From NCBI GenBank assembly GCA_001724265.1, contig MEDY01000112.1, positions 1 to 64,000 of the forward strand: a stretch of DNA of 64,000 nucleotides. Reading direction: 5' to 3'. The notes below the pieces were generated by a model. That model was not told the origin of the DNA and did no database searches. It saw nothing but the letters and a program-made list of their open reading frames with translations. Source of the stretch: Rhizaria sp. SCN 62-66 (taxonomy: Eukaryota). Below, piece by piece: positions 1 to 14,200 of this stretch. The translations under genes and the position numbers were made by a program. Positions within the stretch are counted from its first letter, which is position 1, and the number at the start of each line of letters is the position of its first letter.

Positions 1-132
1 ACCCTTGCGAGCGAGCTTGAAGATCTCGTCCTTGGCGGCGTTGGCGGTCACCTTGTTCCAGGTGGGCGCAGTGCGCTTGTAGGGGAGGGAGGAGCGGGAG
101 ATACCCTTGCCCGAGGAGTACATACGACCCAT
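1..132 (-). CDS. RPS13: 40S ribosomal protein S13 (uS15), N-terminal part; runs off the window edge
   Basis: Manual translation from ATG at 132: MGRMYSSGKGISRSSLPYKRTAPTWNKVTANAAKDEIFKLARKG, matching the eukaryotic uS15 N-terminus (MGRMH..GKGIS.SALPY.R..P.W). Confidence 0.97.
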   Translation of the reverse strand, partial: MGRMYSSGKGISRSSLPYKRTAPTWNKVTANAAKDEIFKLARKG

Positions 133-1019
133 GGTGAAGAAGACTGCGTCAAAATAGAGTTAATAAAGGAGAGAAGCGGGTGGCGGGTGAGAGGAGACAA
201 AACAGTGATGATGAGACGACAGGCAGCACGAGAACGGCAAAGTAGGGCTGTGAGCGGAGAACGTCGAGCAGGCTCGCGGAAAATAGCCTACAGTTCGTCC
301 CATGACCGTTCTACACAAATGCCAACCTTATGTAACTATTAAGCAACGCATTTAAAATCTACCATATATGGCGATTCATTAAACAAAGTCATCATGGCGT
401 CATATGTGACCTTTTTAAACAGGGCGGACGATGCCGCAGTCAGTTGCGGCGGACCCAGAACAATTTTTGGGAACCGCCCGACCCAGCCAGGCAGCCTAGC
501 TAGTCGTGTCGCGTTATGATTATGTCTTTGTTTTTGATTATTCTTTGATTATGATGATACAGAAACGTGCATAGTGCAACATAAACGATGATTGATACAG
601 AAGTGATTTATTCCCGCTCGACGTCAATTTCGGTCATTCTGAGCGTGCTGAGTGTGAGTTAATAATGGCTAAGTAGGAATCATTGCGGCGGATACTCTTA
701 CTTCAACTGACGACTCTGTAGAAGTCTGTGTGATATTCAGTCAAACAACACGTGCGGACCCTCGAACACGCGCAATTCAGCGCAAAAAGCGAGGCCGTCA
801 CGCTGGTTGTTGAGGTGACTCAAACACATTGGATCTGACGACTACGAGTTGCAGGAAATACAAAAAAATAAATTCTTAGTTACAAAAATAGAAAATGAAA
901 ATTCACTTAACAAAGTCATATGGGTTGTAAATCAACATGCAGCGTCACTGAATGATACGGCTGATAATGTTCTGATGCTGTTACATTTACTGCAGTTGGT
1001 GTTCGCGTTGTTCACGTTG

Positions 1020-4000
1020 TTATTGTTCTTGTTGTTGCTGTTGTTGTTGCTGCTGCTGTTGGCGCAGCTGGCGTTGCTGTCTCTGCAACTTCTGCAGCCG
1101 CGTCAGGTTGGACATTGAAAGCGGCACCTCAGCCCGGCTTTCCTCGTCCGCACCTGCACCACCAATCACAGCGCTCGCATCCACAGCGCCTGCGCTCGCG
1201 CCAGAGCTCGCGCTCATGTTTTCGTTCGAGCTGACACTGACGCTGACGCTGGGCCGTGCGTCGCCGACGGCGACGAGCCCGCCGCCGACAGCAACGCGCG
1301 TGACGCCGCCAGAGAGGCCCAAGCGGCGCGACACTGAGTCGCCGCTGCGGCTCCCGCTGCGGCCGCCAGCGCTGCGGCCGCCGGAAGAGTGGGCGAGCGC
1401 GCTGGAGCTGACGTTGTGCAGGCTCACGGTCCCGCCGGAGCCCGAGGAGACAGGAGAGCGCGCGCTGGACACCGTGGGGCTCACGCCCACGCTCGCACTC
1501 GCGCTAGCACTGGCTCCGGCGACATCGCCTGAGTCAGTCGCGGAGCCGAGATCCGGGCTTCCGTCCACGCCGGCAGAGCCAGAGGCCGTGGCCGTGGCCG
1601 TGACTTCGTCAGTGTGAGCGCCAGCGTAAGTCACACCTGCGGAGTCGAAGTTTGAGCCTGTGCGGCCACCAGCAGCGCCCGTGCCCGCATCGGCGTCCGC
1701 GCTCGAGCTAGAGCTTGCGCTGGAGCTGGAGCCGGGCCGGGCTGCGGCGCGGGAGCCCCCAATGGAGCCGATATCGCTGGGGAATGGAGAGTTTTCGTCG
1801 CTGGGGCGCGCGCCGGAGCCGGAGCTGGTGCTGCTAGCGCCGGAGCTGTTTGCCCCGCGAAGTCGCGGCAGCAGGTGGACCGAGAGACTCGGCGGCGAGC
1901 AGTCGCTGCCGTCGCCGGTCACCTTGATCGGAGCCAGAGGCGCCTTCGGCAACATGCCAGAAGGCTTCGGCGCAACAGCGGTGGCGCTGACACTGACAGC
2001 AACCTCGGCGTTGGCAGCGGCATTAACTCCGCCACTAGCGCTCGAGTCCTCGGCGACAGCGGGAGCGACGGGCTCAACGCCAGTCTCAGCGACTTCAGCT
2101 GTGTCAGCAACTGCCGCTGCGTCAGCGACGAGGATTGTGACTGGAGCAGCGGCTACGACTGCGGCGGAGGCGGCCATGGCGTCAACGACGGGGCTAGAGG
2201 CGGCGTCGGCGTCGGTGATGTGGAATTTCCAAACCGACCGCGTCGCCGCCGGTTCTTGCGCAGTCTGCGCCTGAGCAGACTGCGCCTCTGAGGCGGCGGT
2301 CGCTGCAACGGCAGCGACGGCTTCAGCATCAGTGCGCGGCTTCGTGGCGTCACCGTCGTGGGGAGACAAATGCACTACGTGGCCGTGACCAGGACCGACA
2401 ATGGCCTGGTGCTGTTGCTGTTGCGGTTGCTGCTGCTGAAGTTGCTGTTGCTGCTGCAGTTGTTGTTGCAGCTGTAGCTCAAGTTGCTGCAGTTGCTGCA
2501 GTTGCAGTTGCAACTGCTGCTGTTGTTGTGCATTGGAGGACGCGGTAGCTGCGGCAGCGGCGGCTTCAGGACCCTCGCGCGCTTCCTTCAGCGGCGGCAG
2601 CGGGGCCGCGCTAAGCCCAGTCCCGCTGTCGCTGCTGCTGCCGCGACTACTGATGCTGCGCTCTTGCGAGAACGATGGCCGCGGCGAGCCCAGGTTGGCG
2701 TTAGCGGTGGACAGCATGAGCAGCTGCTGCTGCTGGAGCTGCAGCTGCTGTTGCTGCAGCAGGAGCTGCTGGTGTTGCTGCTGCAGGTGAATCTGTTGCT
2801 GGTGCAGCACATGCTGTTGGGCGGCCATTGCAGCCGCACTCGGCTTCGGGGAAAGCTGCTTTGGTTGCGGTGCCTGTGGTTGAGGCGGGACGTTCAGCTG
2901 CGACGTGCCGTTGCCCGAGCGCCGCGGCGACGCGCCGCGAGACCCACCGGCGGCGGGGGCAAGACTGCCGTTGGCGTTCTCGTTGTTATTTGGGTCAGCA
3001 TCAGGCTTGCCGGTCTTCTGGCGCAACAGCAGATCGATGAGCTGCATGCGCAGCTGGTGCTGCTTCTGCGACGACGGACTATGTTGTTGCTGCTGCTGCT
3101 GCTGCAGAGCGCTGTTTGCGGGTAGAGTAGACTTGCCATTGACAATGCTGCGGCCGGCACCAGTAGCCGCATTGCGCGTGGCCGTGGCCGTGGACGTGGG
3201 CGCGCCCATCGAAAGCGACACATGATCCTGAGGTTTGTCCAGAGCGGGTGACACAACCTCATTCTGCTGCTGCTGCGGCTGCTGCTTCTGACCACGAGGG
3301 AAGAAGTGAGCCATGAGCGCGTTGTAGTTCGCATAGTATTGCTTCAGCTGCTCTTCAGTGGGCGCCTCACCGTTCGGGCCAGTGAGCGCCGCCGGCGGTG
3401 GGGGCGGCGGCGGTGACGGTGACGACGAGACGTCAGCAGCCGGTTGGTGTTGCTGCTGCTGCTGCTGCTGCTGCAGAGGCTCGCTGTACATCGAGCCATG
3501 AGGCGTTGGCGCGCCCACACGCACCATAACGTCGGGCTGCGGCTCGTGGGCCCGGCCGTTGCTGCCGGACACCACAACGCCACTGCCGTTTTCGTAACCG
3601 CTGTTGGCGCTGGTTTTGACCGAGTCGCGCCGGTCACCGTCGGGGTTGCTCCTGGCACTGAGGCGCAGGCCAGCACCCGCCTGCTGTTGCATCGCGCGCA
3701 TAGTGGGCGTCGCGGGAGCCTCCAGATCGTCGAGCTCCAGCCCAGAGTACGTGAGCAGCGGCACCGGCGCAAGCGCGGGCGCGGCGTGGGCCACGCGCGA
3801 TGTCGTCGCAGACAGCTGCAGCGGCGACCAGCCCCAGCCCGAGGCCGCGGGGTCGTGGGGATCGCGCGCCGTCGTCACAGTGCCGCCCCCCAGCAGCGAG
3901 AACTGCTTGCTCAACGTCAAGCCGGCGCGCGCGCGGGCGGCGCGGGGCGTGCTCGAGCGGCCAGAGACAGCCATCACCGTGGTGCTTGAGTGACCCAGCC

Positions 4001-7000
4001 CGGACTCGGCGTCGCCGCGAGACCGGCCGCCGCTCGTGTTGCTGCCGCTGCGACTGCGGCGCGCACCGGCCTTGTCGAGCGCGCGCACCTTCCACATGTG
4101 CTCTTCGGCGGCGACTGTGCCCGCTGCGACCGCCGGCTCGGTGCGCAAACGTCCACTGCGCATCGCACGCAGCTGCTCCATGACGTTTTCGCGCGCTAGC
4201 AAGATGACAGCGCGGCGGCGCTGGCGCATCTGACGCGCAATCTCGCGGCGGCGACGACCGTGGAGCCGCATGCGAATGCGTGCAGCACAACCTGCAACAA
4301 GCGCGGTGAAGGCAAGGAGCAGCGGAGTCATGACGAACCACTCGACAATGACGCCAAGCACGGCGCCCAACATCCACAGCCACACGCCCGTGTCGCCGTC
4401 GCGGTGCGCAAGCTGCACGGACAGAGTGAGTGCAGAGACCACCGCCACCACAAACAGCGCAGTCATCACGATGACCTGCACCATCAGCGTCGGCAGGAGC
4501 GTCCAGGTGAAGAAGTTGTCGCGCTGCAGCTCGGTGGCGAGCTGCGCGGTCGAGTTGGCGGACGAGGCAGCGACGGTGTCGCAGTTGCCCGCGCCCGTTT
4601 GGGAGTTGCCAATTTCCACGGCAGCAACACTGTCGCGGTGCTGACGGGGACGCAGGCGCCAGCAGCAGAAGCGCTTGCGACCACGCTTGCTGCGGCCATT
4701 GCTACTGCTGCTCGTACTGTTGCCAAGGTCACTGTTTGAGGTTGTAAGGTTGCTCGAAGACGGAGTCACGACTGCAGTCTGCGCCGGAGCCTCATCAATT
4801 GATGACTTCTTACTGACGCTGCTGCTGACGCTGTTGCTACTGGTTGCGTCAGGTGCAGGTTCCACGAAGCGCTCGTAGCAGCGCAGCACGTGCGCTGGGT
4901 CAACAGGCACAAGAATCACAAGTGCGCGCGCGATGAGGGCTTCATCACGACGGCGCTGAGCCAGCTGCTCCTGGAGGTCCCTGCTCGCGCCCTTGCGCCT
5001 ACTGATGCCGCAGAACGGCGCGCCGTTGTAGCACGCGGCCAGCGCGCGCTCGCCTGCGCTGGGGCCCGGGTCCGCTGAGCGCAGCAGTTCACCGTCGCGA
5101 CGGCGGTGGCGGCGCGCGCGTGCAGCCTCAGAGACTGCGTCTGCGCGCGCACCAGCAACTGTGGCGACTCTAATGAACGCCCCGGGCGCGGCGCCAGCAA
5201 CGGTCACCATTGTGGGCTCAACTTCAGCATCGGCAGCAGCGGAACCGGCCTCGGCGCTGGCTGCAGCAGCAGTCGCGGCTGCGGTGGCTGCAGCAGCCGT
5301 AGTCGCATCCGTTGCGGTCGGGAAGGATTTGCGCTGGCGCATAGATGCAGGCCGACGTAGCGCCAGCCCGTGTGCGCGCGCGCGGGTGTTCTGGTTTTCG
5401 CGCTCACATTCACTATCACTGCTGCTTCCTGAATTGAGGTCTTCGTCAAGACCCGTGAGGGAAGTGCGCCCACGGTACGCCTGGCCTGCGAGCACGGCGG
5501 CGCTGCGGCTCAGCGCGCTGTCACCGTAAAGCGTCGCCAGCGGCAGCACGCGCAGGCGGCGCTGCAGCAACTGCTCGCGCGCAAACCGAGCCAGAGCGTG
5601 CCGCTGCGGCGCCTCACCGTTGATCGGCGTCGACATGCCTGCAGCGGCGGCAGCGACTGCCACGGCGGCCGCTGCGGCCGCAGCGACAGAGGTCACAGGG
5701 CCGCGTGCGCGAGCTTGGTTGGCCGCGTACTGCGCACTGTCGTGCGAAGAGTGCGACGAGCCCTCTTCAACGTCGTTGCTAGGGCTTTCGCTTTCGCCTG
5801 CTTCCCACGGGTTGTTCTGAGGCAGATTGTCTCCCTGCATCCGAATACCCGCGCCTGTGCTCGCCGCAGCGCCCGCGCCGGCAGTGGCGGGGCCGCGCTG
5901 CGACGACATAGGGTCGCCCGGCGTCACAGCGACAAGAGCTGAGCTCTTGCCCTTGTCGCCTGCGGTGTTCGAGTCGAAGGCCGCAGTCTGATCCTGCGAC
6001 AGTGGTGAGGGCTGCGGACTGGCGTCCGGCGACGGCTCTGACGAGGGTTGGCCTGATCCAGTCCCCTCAGCAGCGGCGCCACGGCGGCGGGCAGCACCTC
6101 GGGCACTGATATCGCTTGCGCCTGCGCGTCTACCTGCTCCGTCAGTGCTTCCCTCGGTCGTCGCCACGCGGTCACGGTCAGTGCTATCTTTCGTGCGCGG
6201 CGTGCGCACCGGCGTGAGCTGCTTCGGCTCGGGGTCGGCGCTTCTACCGCGCGTGTCGTGGCGCCGGTGTGGTGGTAGCGAGCGCTGCAGACGCGACGCG
6301 GTTGTTGCGACCGCCCCAGTGGACGAGAGCGACACTGACGATGAGGAGGACGATGACGAGAGTTCCAAGGCATGATTACGCGCCGCACGAGCCCGGCGCG
6401 CGCGACGGGACGCAGCGGTCACGCTCTCCAACGCTGCAGCGGCAGCAGCTGCTGCAGCGGCGACGGCGGCGGCCGAGGTCGCCTTGCCGGCTTCCGAAAG
6501 CGCGCATAGCAGCCGCGCGAGCTCACCCGTCGCGTCGGGGATCTCACTCTGCGGTGGCCGCCAGCGCGCCGCGTACGACAGCACGTGCAGCAGCTCAAAC
6601 GCGCGCGTGTTGCGCGTCTGCAGCGCAGCTCGGAGGAGGCAAGGCTCAGGCGCTGTATTCGGAGTAGCAGAGGCGTCACCTGCAGTTGTGTTCACACCAG
6701 GCCCGTCGGAGCTTGCGTTGTCATTCGCGGCCGAAGTATTTGACGAATAAAGAGAGGAGAGTCCTGCCTTGCGGGACGCGATGAGAGAGTGGGCAGTGAA
6801 AGTGAACGATCCACGCTGTTGATGTAGCTTGTTCGCACCTGCGCCCGTGCTTGAGCCCGTGCCAGTGCTGTTGGTGGCGGCAGCGGCAGCAGCGGCCGCG
6901 GCGGCAGCAGCGGCGACGGCCGCGGTGATGCGCGCTGCGGGGCCCGCGTAGAGCGTCACCCAGCCGGGCTTGCGCAGCGGCGACGCGGCAGCGGCAGCGG

Positions 7001-8263
7001 CGGCGGCGCGCGCGCGGGCGGAACACGACGCACAGGCGCATTGCAGACGCATGCCAAGGTTTGCCTCGAGCGCAGCCTCAGCGGCGCTCAGCACGGCCGT
7101 TGACGGCTGTGTTGCTGCGGTCGGGGCAGCCGAGGTCGGGTGGCCAGGACGGAGACTGGCTCTCGGACCGGGGCCAAAGGGCAGCATGATGCCCGGCGTC
7201 ACGCGTGCGCCCGACTTCCTCGATCCAGCCGGGGCGTGAGAACTGGCCGCGGGCTGCTGGGGGCGGGTGTACAGAACCTGCGGGAGCTCCATCTGAGGGA
7301 AGAAGTTATTTGCATACTTGCCGGATCCCGCTGGAGGAATGACGCCGCCGCAGTAGTTCGCAAAAGCAACCTGCTCCGCATAGTAACGGACAAAGGCGTC
7401 GGCGCGCTTGACGCCGGAAGTGCGCATGACCGAGAGCATAACCTGTGAAAGCACTGCAAGGAGAATCGCGGTGATGATGGCCGTAATGATCACACGTACA
7501 GCGTTGTTGCCCATTGTGGTGACGTAGCTATCAAATATCAGGTGCAACACGGCAGCCGAAAAAGCAAGCGCTGCGAGCGCGGTGATTGACATGATGATAA
7601 AGCGACGCGTGAATGTGATGCGCGACACGGATGCACGCTGCCACAACGAGTACGCCACGTGGCGGCGACGAGCGAGACGGGTGAAAAACACACCCACAAC
7701 GGGACACAACGGCTTCGGCCGTGAGCCCCACACAAAAGCGCTCCCACCACCGCGCGCGCGTACGCCTCCTGCATTGCCCTCTCCAGCAGCAGTCGCAGAA
7801 GCAGCCACGTCGTTGCAGTCGTAGTCCTCGTCATCCGAGCCGCGGCTGTCTCCCTCGGAGTCTGAGTCAGAGTCCCAGTCACTGCCAGAACAACGCTTCT
7901 CCAGCGCGTCCAGCTCCGACTGCAGCTCGATCCCCAGTGACTTGGCCGCTGTGGCGAGCGCCGTGATGTCGAGGGCCTCGTAGTCGCTGCTGCTCTCGTT
8001 CCGACCCTGGCTCCGGTCGTTGCCTGTCGCGCTGCTGCCGCTTGTTGCGTTACCAGCGGCTGCGCGCCACGAGCCTGACTCGGCGCGCGCACTGGAGCCG
8101 GACGTCGCGGCCGCAGTGGCGTGCGAACGGCCGCTTGGGTGTGAGCGGCCTTGATCATCAGACCGAGGCTCGCGCCAAGCACTGTTGGCCTGCTGCCGCT
8201 GGTGCTGGTGCTGGTGCTGGTGCTGCATCAGCAGCAACTGATGCTGGTGCTGCGGCGACAATT

Positions 8264-8297
<34 letters not shown>

Positions 8298-11200
8298 ATG
8301 TTGTTGCTGCTGCTGGGAGCTCGTGCTATGCTGCGGACTGCTGCGAGAGGCAGTACCTTGAGAAGTGCCATTGGGTGCAAGCGGAGGCCGGATCAGGTGC
8401 TGATGAGGCTGCTGCGGGTGCTGCATGTTGTCGTATGACGGGCGCTGCGGCCGCGGGGCGCTGCCGCGATTGGAGCTCGACTGCGACTGCATGACCGTGT
8501 AATGCTGCTGCATTTGGAGCTGTTGCTGATGGTCGCTACTGGTGACGGCACCGCGCGAGGCATCGTACTGTTGCTGATGCTTCGGCAAAAATTGCTGTTG
8601 GGGCATATACGGTTGTTGCATGTGCAAATGCTGCTGCAGTTGCTGTTGCTGCTGCTGTTGTTGATGCATCAACCGATGCTGCAGCGTCTGGGCAAAGAGT
8701 GCCTGCATCTGCTGTGCATGCGCCTGCGCAGTCGCGTCCTGCTGTTGCTGCGTTGCTGCAGCCGCAGCGACATCGGTCGCGCGCTGGTGGGGCGGTGTGG
8801 GCGTGCGCGACTCGGGGCGATTGCCGCTGCCGCTGCGACTGGGCCGCGCGTGCTTGCTTTTGAACATGCTCATAGCAGAGTGGTAAAGCGCGTCCGTCTG
8901 AAAAACGTCCGTGGGCCGCGCGCCGCGCGAGCGACCGTTGGTGCTGCCGCCCGTGGGGGGCCGCGCGGTGGTCGAGGTGTGGCCCGCTACAGCCGTAGTC
9001 GCAGACTTACCAAGCGCGGTTTTATCAACAACGGGTGCAGGTGCGGCTCTGGAAACTGGTTCTGTGGCAACAATAGCGCGCGCCAAAATCGGCAGCACGG
9101 GGGAAGGCGGGTCGAGCACCGGCTGCGTCGGCGTCAGCGGCTCAGGCGGGGGCGGGAGCGGGCCTTCATCACCAGAGTCATCACTCTCGGCCCCGTGGCC
9201 TCCACCGTTGTTGCGGCCGTAGTAGTAGTGAGTGCTACCACCTTCCGCAGACGCGATGCCTTGGTGCTTCAGCAGCAGCGCAAGCTGGCGTTCTTGCTCG
9301 CCCATGACAGAGGGCGACAGACCGGAGTCCTCAAACTCGCTGTCGCGAGGGCGATTGCCGCTGTCTTCACCTCCGTAGGTCTGCTCGTCAGGCGCCTGTC
9401 CGTGCCTTTGCCTCATGTCGTAGTAATTGCCGTTGACGGCCTGTCCGCCAGATCCGCCGTTGCCGCTGTTCGGCGCTGTGCCAGGCGCGTTCGCTCCCCC
9501 ACGCATATTGTCTCCAGCACCAGCGCCAGTGCCTGTCGCAAGGCCAATTGTGAAGGACCTACGGCAATTAGGAGGATAAAAAGGCTCTGAGGAATCGCTG
9601 ATCATCATGTGCTTGAATCCACTAGCGTCGGATTTGGCGCCGCGCATTTTGGTGGCGGCAGCTGCAGCCGCAGCGGCGTCTTTTGCAACAGCTTGCGCTG
9701 TCAGTGTGGTCGGATCAGTCTCCAGCGCCCAAGGGTGGTGCGCCAGGTGCCGCTTGTTCCATCGCAGCGCCGCGAGGAGGATGCTGTTGCGCAGCGCGGC
9801 AGCGTCGCAGGCGCCGGCAAGTACAACGGAGAGAACGCACGCGAGCAGCACCACGAAGAGCACGACGCTGGGCGCGACGTTGTCCTTAAGCATCTCGGCC
9901 GTCACACCGAGGAACGTAAAGGCGGACTGCACGGGCGGCGTCACCACGGTGGCGACGGGATGCACAACAACGGCGTGGAGTCCCAAGCGCGTGCACGCAC
10001 AGACCGTGCGAGTGGACGAAATCCGGCGTGCGACTTCGCACGACGCTGAGTCCCAGTCATACACCGAGCCCGAGATAGCGTCCTCCGTGCCCGTGAGTAC
10101 CGCAGTCACCGAAGGCGTCTCGATCCAGTCGTTCGGCCGGCTCACACAGTACAGCTGTTCGGTGTCGCTCGCAGCACGATGCTGCACCGACACGTACATA
10201 GGCGTGTAGAGCGCTGTCCACGAATCGGAATCGACAAAGCTTTCGAGGGAGCCGGTCGGGCGCGCACCACGCTGCGTCATGCCGCGCTGCGCAGCCAACG
10301 ACGAGATGGTACCGCTGCCAGCAACGTACGAAGAAGACGACTCGCTTTCACCCTCAGTCTCTGACTCGAGCTCGGGAAGCACGGCAGCGGTGAGCTGCGA
10401 GGCTTTGAGCACCTGTTCAGCGACATTGCGCTCGGCGCTGCCGGCATAGACGAATACACTGGAGAGCCCCGAACGCACCCACAGCGGCCAGCGCGTCACG
10501 TCGTCCGTGCGGAAGAGGAGCCGGCCCAAAAGCGAGGGCGAAAAACCCATGGCGGTGAGTTCTTCGTCTGTCACCTCGACGTCTTCCGCCGACGAAGAGG
10601 AGGCGGTCACGGGAGTAGTACCACGCGACGCAGCGTCTTGCGACGCGGCCTTTCGCAGCGCCGCGCGCGCAGCAACAGCTTCCGCGTGATCAGCAGCAAT
10701 GTCGGCAAGCCCAAAGGCATCCCGAGGGAGTGTGAGCTCAGGGAAACCAGGCAGCAGGCTCGACAATGTCGTCTTCGATTGAGACTGCGACAACGCTTGC
10801 GTGTCTTCCTGTGAAGTAGATGTGTCAGGTAACACAGTTTCCGACGTCGTGGGGGTGCTTGTGGATGTAGTCGTATTTTTGGTCACGTTGGACATCAGGG
10901 TGCTAATGGCGGAGAATGCACCACCTGAGAAAAGTGTAAAAAATGCGATATCTGCGCTCTCATACCCGTTCACAGCTTGCGTAGACAGCAACGACTCTGG
11001 GATTGTGACCGAATTGGCTGCGTCATCGTTCATAGGATGCACATCCGAGACTTCGTTATTATTCACCATGCGCACGCCATTCCAGATTGATCTAAGTTGG
11101 CTAGCGCTTTGCTGCTTCAAATCCACGCGTGTCGCGACACCGGCAGCCTTCTTGAGGCCTTTCGGTAAAGACGCTGACGATGTTGCGACATCACTCGCGT

Positions 11201-14200
11201 CAGACGTCGATGTAGACGTAAAAAGATTGTTGGCATTGTAACTGAGTCTCAACTTTGCAATATTATTAGGATCTGGCACCACAGTGGTGTCGACCTGCAT
11301 CTGCGTCGATGAACGCATAAAAACAAACGATAGCCCACTGTTGCCGGTGACGACAGGTTCTTCGTTAGAAACCTTGCCACGCAGCACAAGTGCAGTGAAA
11401 GAAGGCATAAGCGTGGTAACATGGTTCATAAGTGTGTCTATCGTTGGGCCGAACGCAGTAAAGCCAGACATACGTTGTGCGATATAGACGCCAGACATCA
11501 TCGTGGCGAGACATGCGTCCAGCAGCACAGTGTTCTGGTGTCGATCAGTCATCGCAACAGCAAGCACGTGCTGTGCTTGGTAAGAAAGCACGCGCTGCCA
11601 CATGTTCCACAATGCAGTGAATGCTGCCCACGCTCCGTCACTAGCAACAGATGCGGAAATTGAGCCGTGCTGGCTCGAGAGCAGCGCTGTTGTGTTGAGA
11701 GATTTCAGCATCGACACAGATGTGTTGCGCGAGCTGTCCAACGCGCCAACTTGCTTCAATACAAGCGCAAGCTCACTCCGCAAGAGCGCTGATTGGCGCA
11801 CCATCGGCGTTGTCGTTGTTGTTGTTGTTGTTGTTGTTGAGTTCGTTGTCGTAGTAGTGCTTTTGGTTGCGGCGGTTGCGAAGCTAGGCACAGGCTGTGA
11901 TCCCATCTGAGCGGCTGTCGCCGTGGACGCAGTGCCAGTGCCGGAAGAAGACGTTGTTGCGGCGACGGTACTTGCGGCAAGTACGTTGAGTTCGACGACT
12001 GAGTTGTAGAGCACGTTCATCAGGTATGAGACCAGGACGACGCCCGTCCGCGTCGGCGCTTCGGGGAGCGCAGTGCTACCACTATCAGTGTCATTCGCAG
12101 CAGGAGCAAACCGCGCCCGTGACGGTGAGCGTCGCGGCTTGTGCGAAGCATGACGCGGTGAAGAAAGTGGCACGGGCCGCACTCCAGAGCGCTGAGGCAT
12201 GTTTGCCGCTCCACCCTTCAACTTCTCCTCAGCCATGGAGGTTTCCGAGGCAGCCGAGGTGGCAGTGCGCTTTGCGACACGGGGTTTCTGCGCAACGAAG
12301 GCATCTGACGAGGTCTCGAAGGTGGTACCCGACTCAAAGATGGGCAGCGCCTCAAGGTTCTCCATGTTTGCCAGCGTGACGTCTATCGAGCCGTCGAGGA
12401 TCTCGTTCAGAATCGCGAAGGCAGTACCGGCGCACACCTGCGGGGCGAGCTCCTGCGCCGAAGAGAGTAACAGTGCAATCGACTGTACGATGTCAGAAGC
12501 GCGTCTACTGGCGAGAGAGCTGCGCACTTCAACAAGCGCATTATTGTAGCGCTTTTGTTGCTCCAATAACAGGGCTTTCGCAGCAGCGGTGGCGGCGGCC
12601 GCAGCGGCGGCGGCATCGACGTTGACCGAACTCGTGTCGTTGGAGGACGTGGTGGTCTCTGAGACAGCGGGAACCGTGGTGGAGGTCCACGCTCTGACAC
12701 CCGCAGCGTCGATAACTTCGACAATGACGTTCATGGCACGCGGGAAAAGGGTGAATAGTCTTATGGGGTCGACACGAGTCGTGTGCATAAGCAACTTCGG
12801 CAACTTATTGAACGCACTCGACACAGTATTCCAGTCTCCAGTCAAACTGGTAATATTGGTGGTGGGAGTGTCGTCCGTAGTGACGAGATTCGACGCCATG
12901 TGCCAGCGGTAGATCAGGGGCAGCACCGACTCCGCGGAGGAAAAACCATAGCAGCGCATCGCATTCTGGTGCACACTGACCGGCGTGTTAGGATCCACAA
13001 CGCACTTACCCGCCGACGCCATGGGCGCAGTGAGCACGGTCACCACGGACATGCTGAGCGCACCCGGTAAGAAGTCTCCGGGAAGGCGCGCGCCGTCCGC
13101 GCACAGCAGCGCGTCGACCGGTGGCTGCGAGCGCGGGTACATGGCCTCCGTTTCAAAGATGTGTACGCGGAACGTGTACAGTGTCTCAGGGCTAAGTGCA
13201 GTTGAGTTGATGACGAGCGTGGTGAGAGTGCGCTTGCCGATGGTCACATACGGGGCTGTGAGGTTGAGCTGGCCGGACTCGCACGTCCAGAGCACTGCGT
13301 AGTTACCGTCACGGGCGGCGACCTGCGCGCTGAGTCGCAAGTGGTCCGTCGACGGGAAGACGCCGGGGGCATACTGCGGGTGCGGCACGGCGGCGGCATT
13401 GACGTAGTACTTGTTGGCGCGATGAATCGTGCCAGAAAGCACGGCGGACGACACACGTGAGTAGTCGGCAGCATAAAAGACGCTAACGACAAAGTACAAC
13501 GAAACCACAGCGTCAGGGCGTTGCCCCACAGTTGACGCACATTCAGCGTCAGTCTCGACAAGCTTGGCCATAATCGCCGGCGAGAAGGTAATACTCGACG
13601 ACGTTGCACTCATCGCCCTGTAGCCGTCAGAATTGGCCTCAAAACAGGGAGTTGACTTCCCCTCGAGCTCGAGAAGCGGCACTGACAGCTGCATCTGCGA
13701 GATCGATGAGTTACCCGCCAGGTCCGCGTGCGTGAGATTCGACCGCAGCGTGGCATTCATAGGCACGGCGGTCTTGACCATCGTCGGCGAGTGATAGCGG
13801 CGGTAGCACGACCAGCTGTAAAGAAATTTGGTCGGATCCGTCGTTTTCAAGTCAGGGTCCACTGAGCCGTTAGCGTACAGAGTCAGCTTCTGGTTCGGTG
13901 ACAACACAACACCGTAAATCACATTACTGCGAGCGTCGACGCTGGGTGTCGAAGTACCAATCTTCAGAGCATCACGACTATTCGTGGAAGCCGTTGCAAA
14001 ACCAGACGAAGTAACCGGCTCGTATCCTGTCGTACTGAGGCTCGTATTAAGGCTCGAGAGTTCGAGAGTAGCTTCAGAAGCAAGACTTGGCTCGTAGACG
14101 TACGAGAAGAAAGATTCAAACGGACGCACCGACGGCGCTAGCTGAAAACTGGTAGCGGAAACCACAGCGGCGTTTGGCGAGAATTGCAACTGAGAAAAGG

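Noticed and set aside
551-651. Possible C/D box snoRNA (ATGATGA ... CTGA)
   Set aside because: No terminal stem and no convincing rRNA-complementary guide next to the D box.
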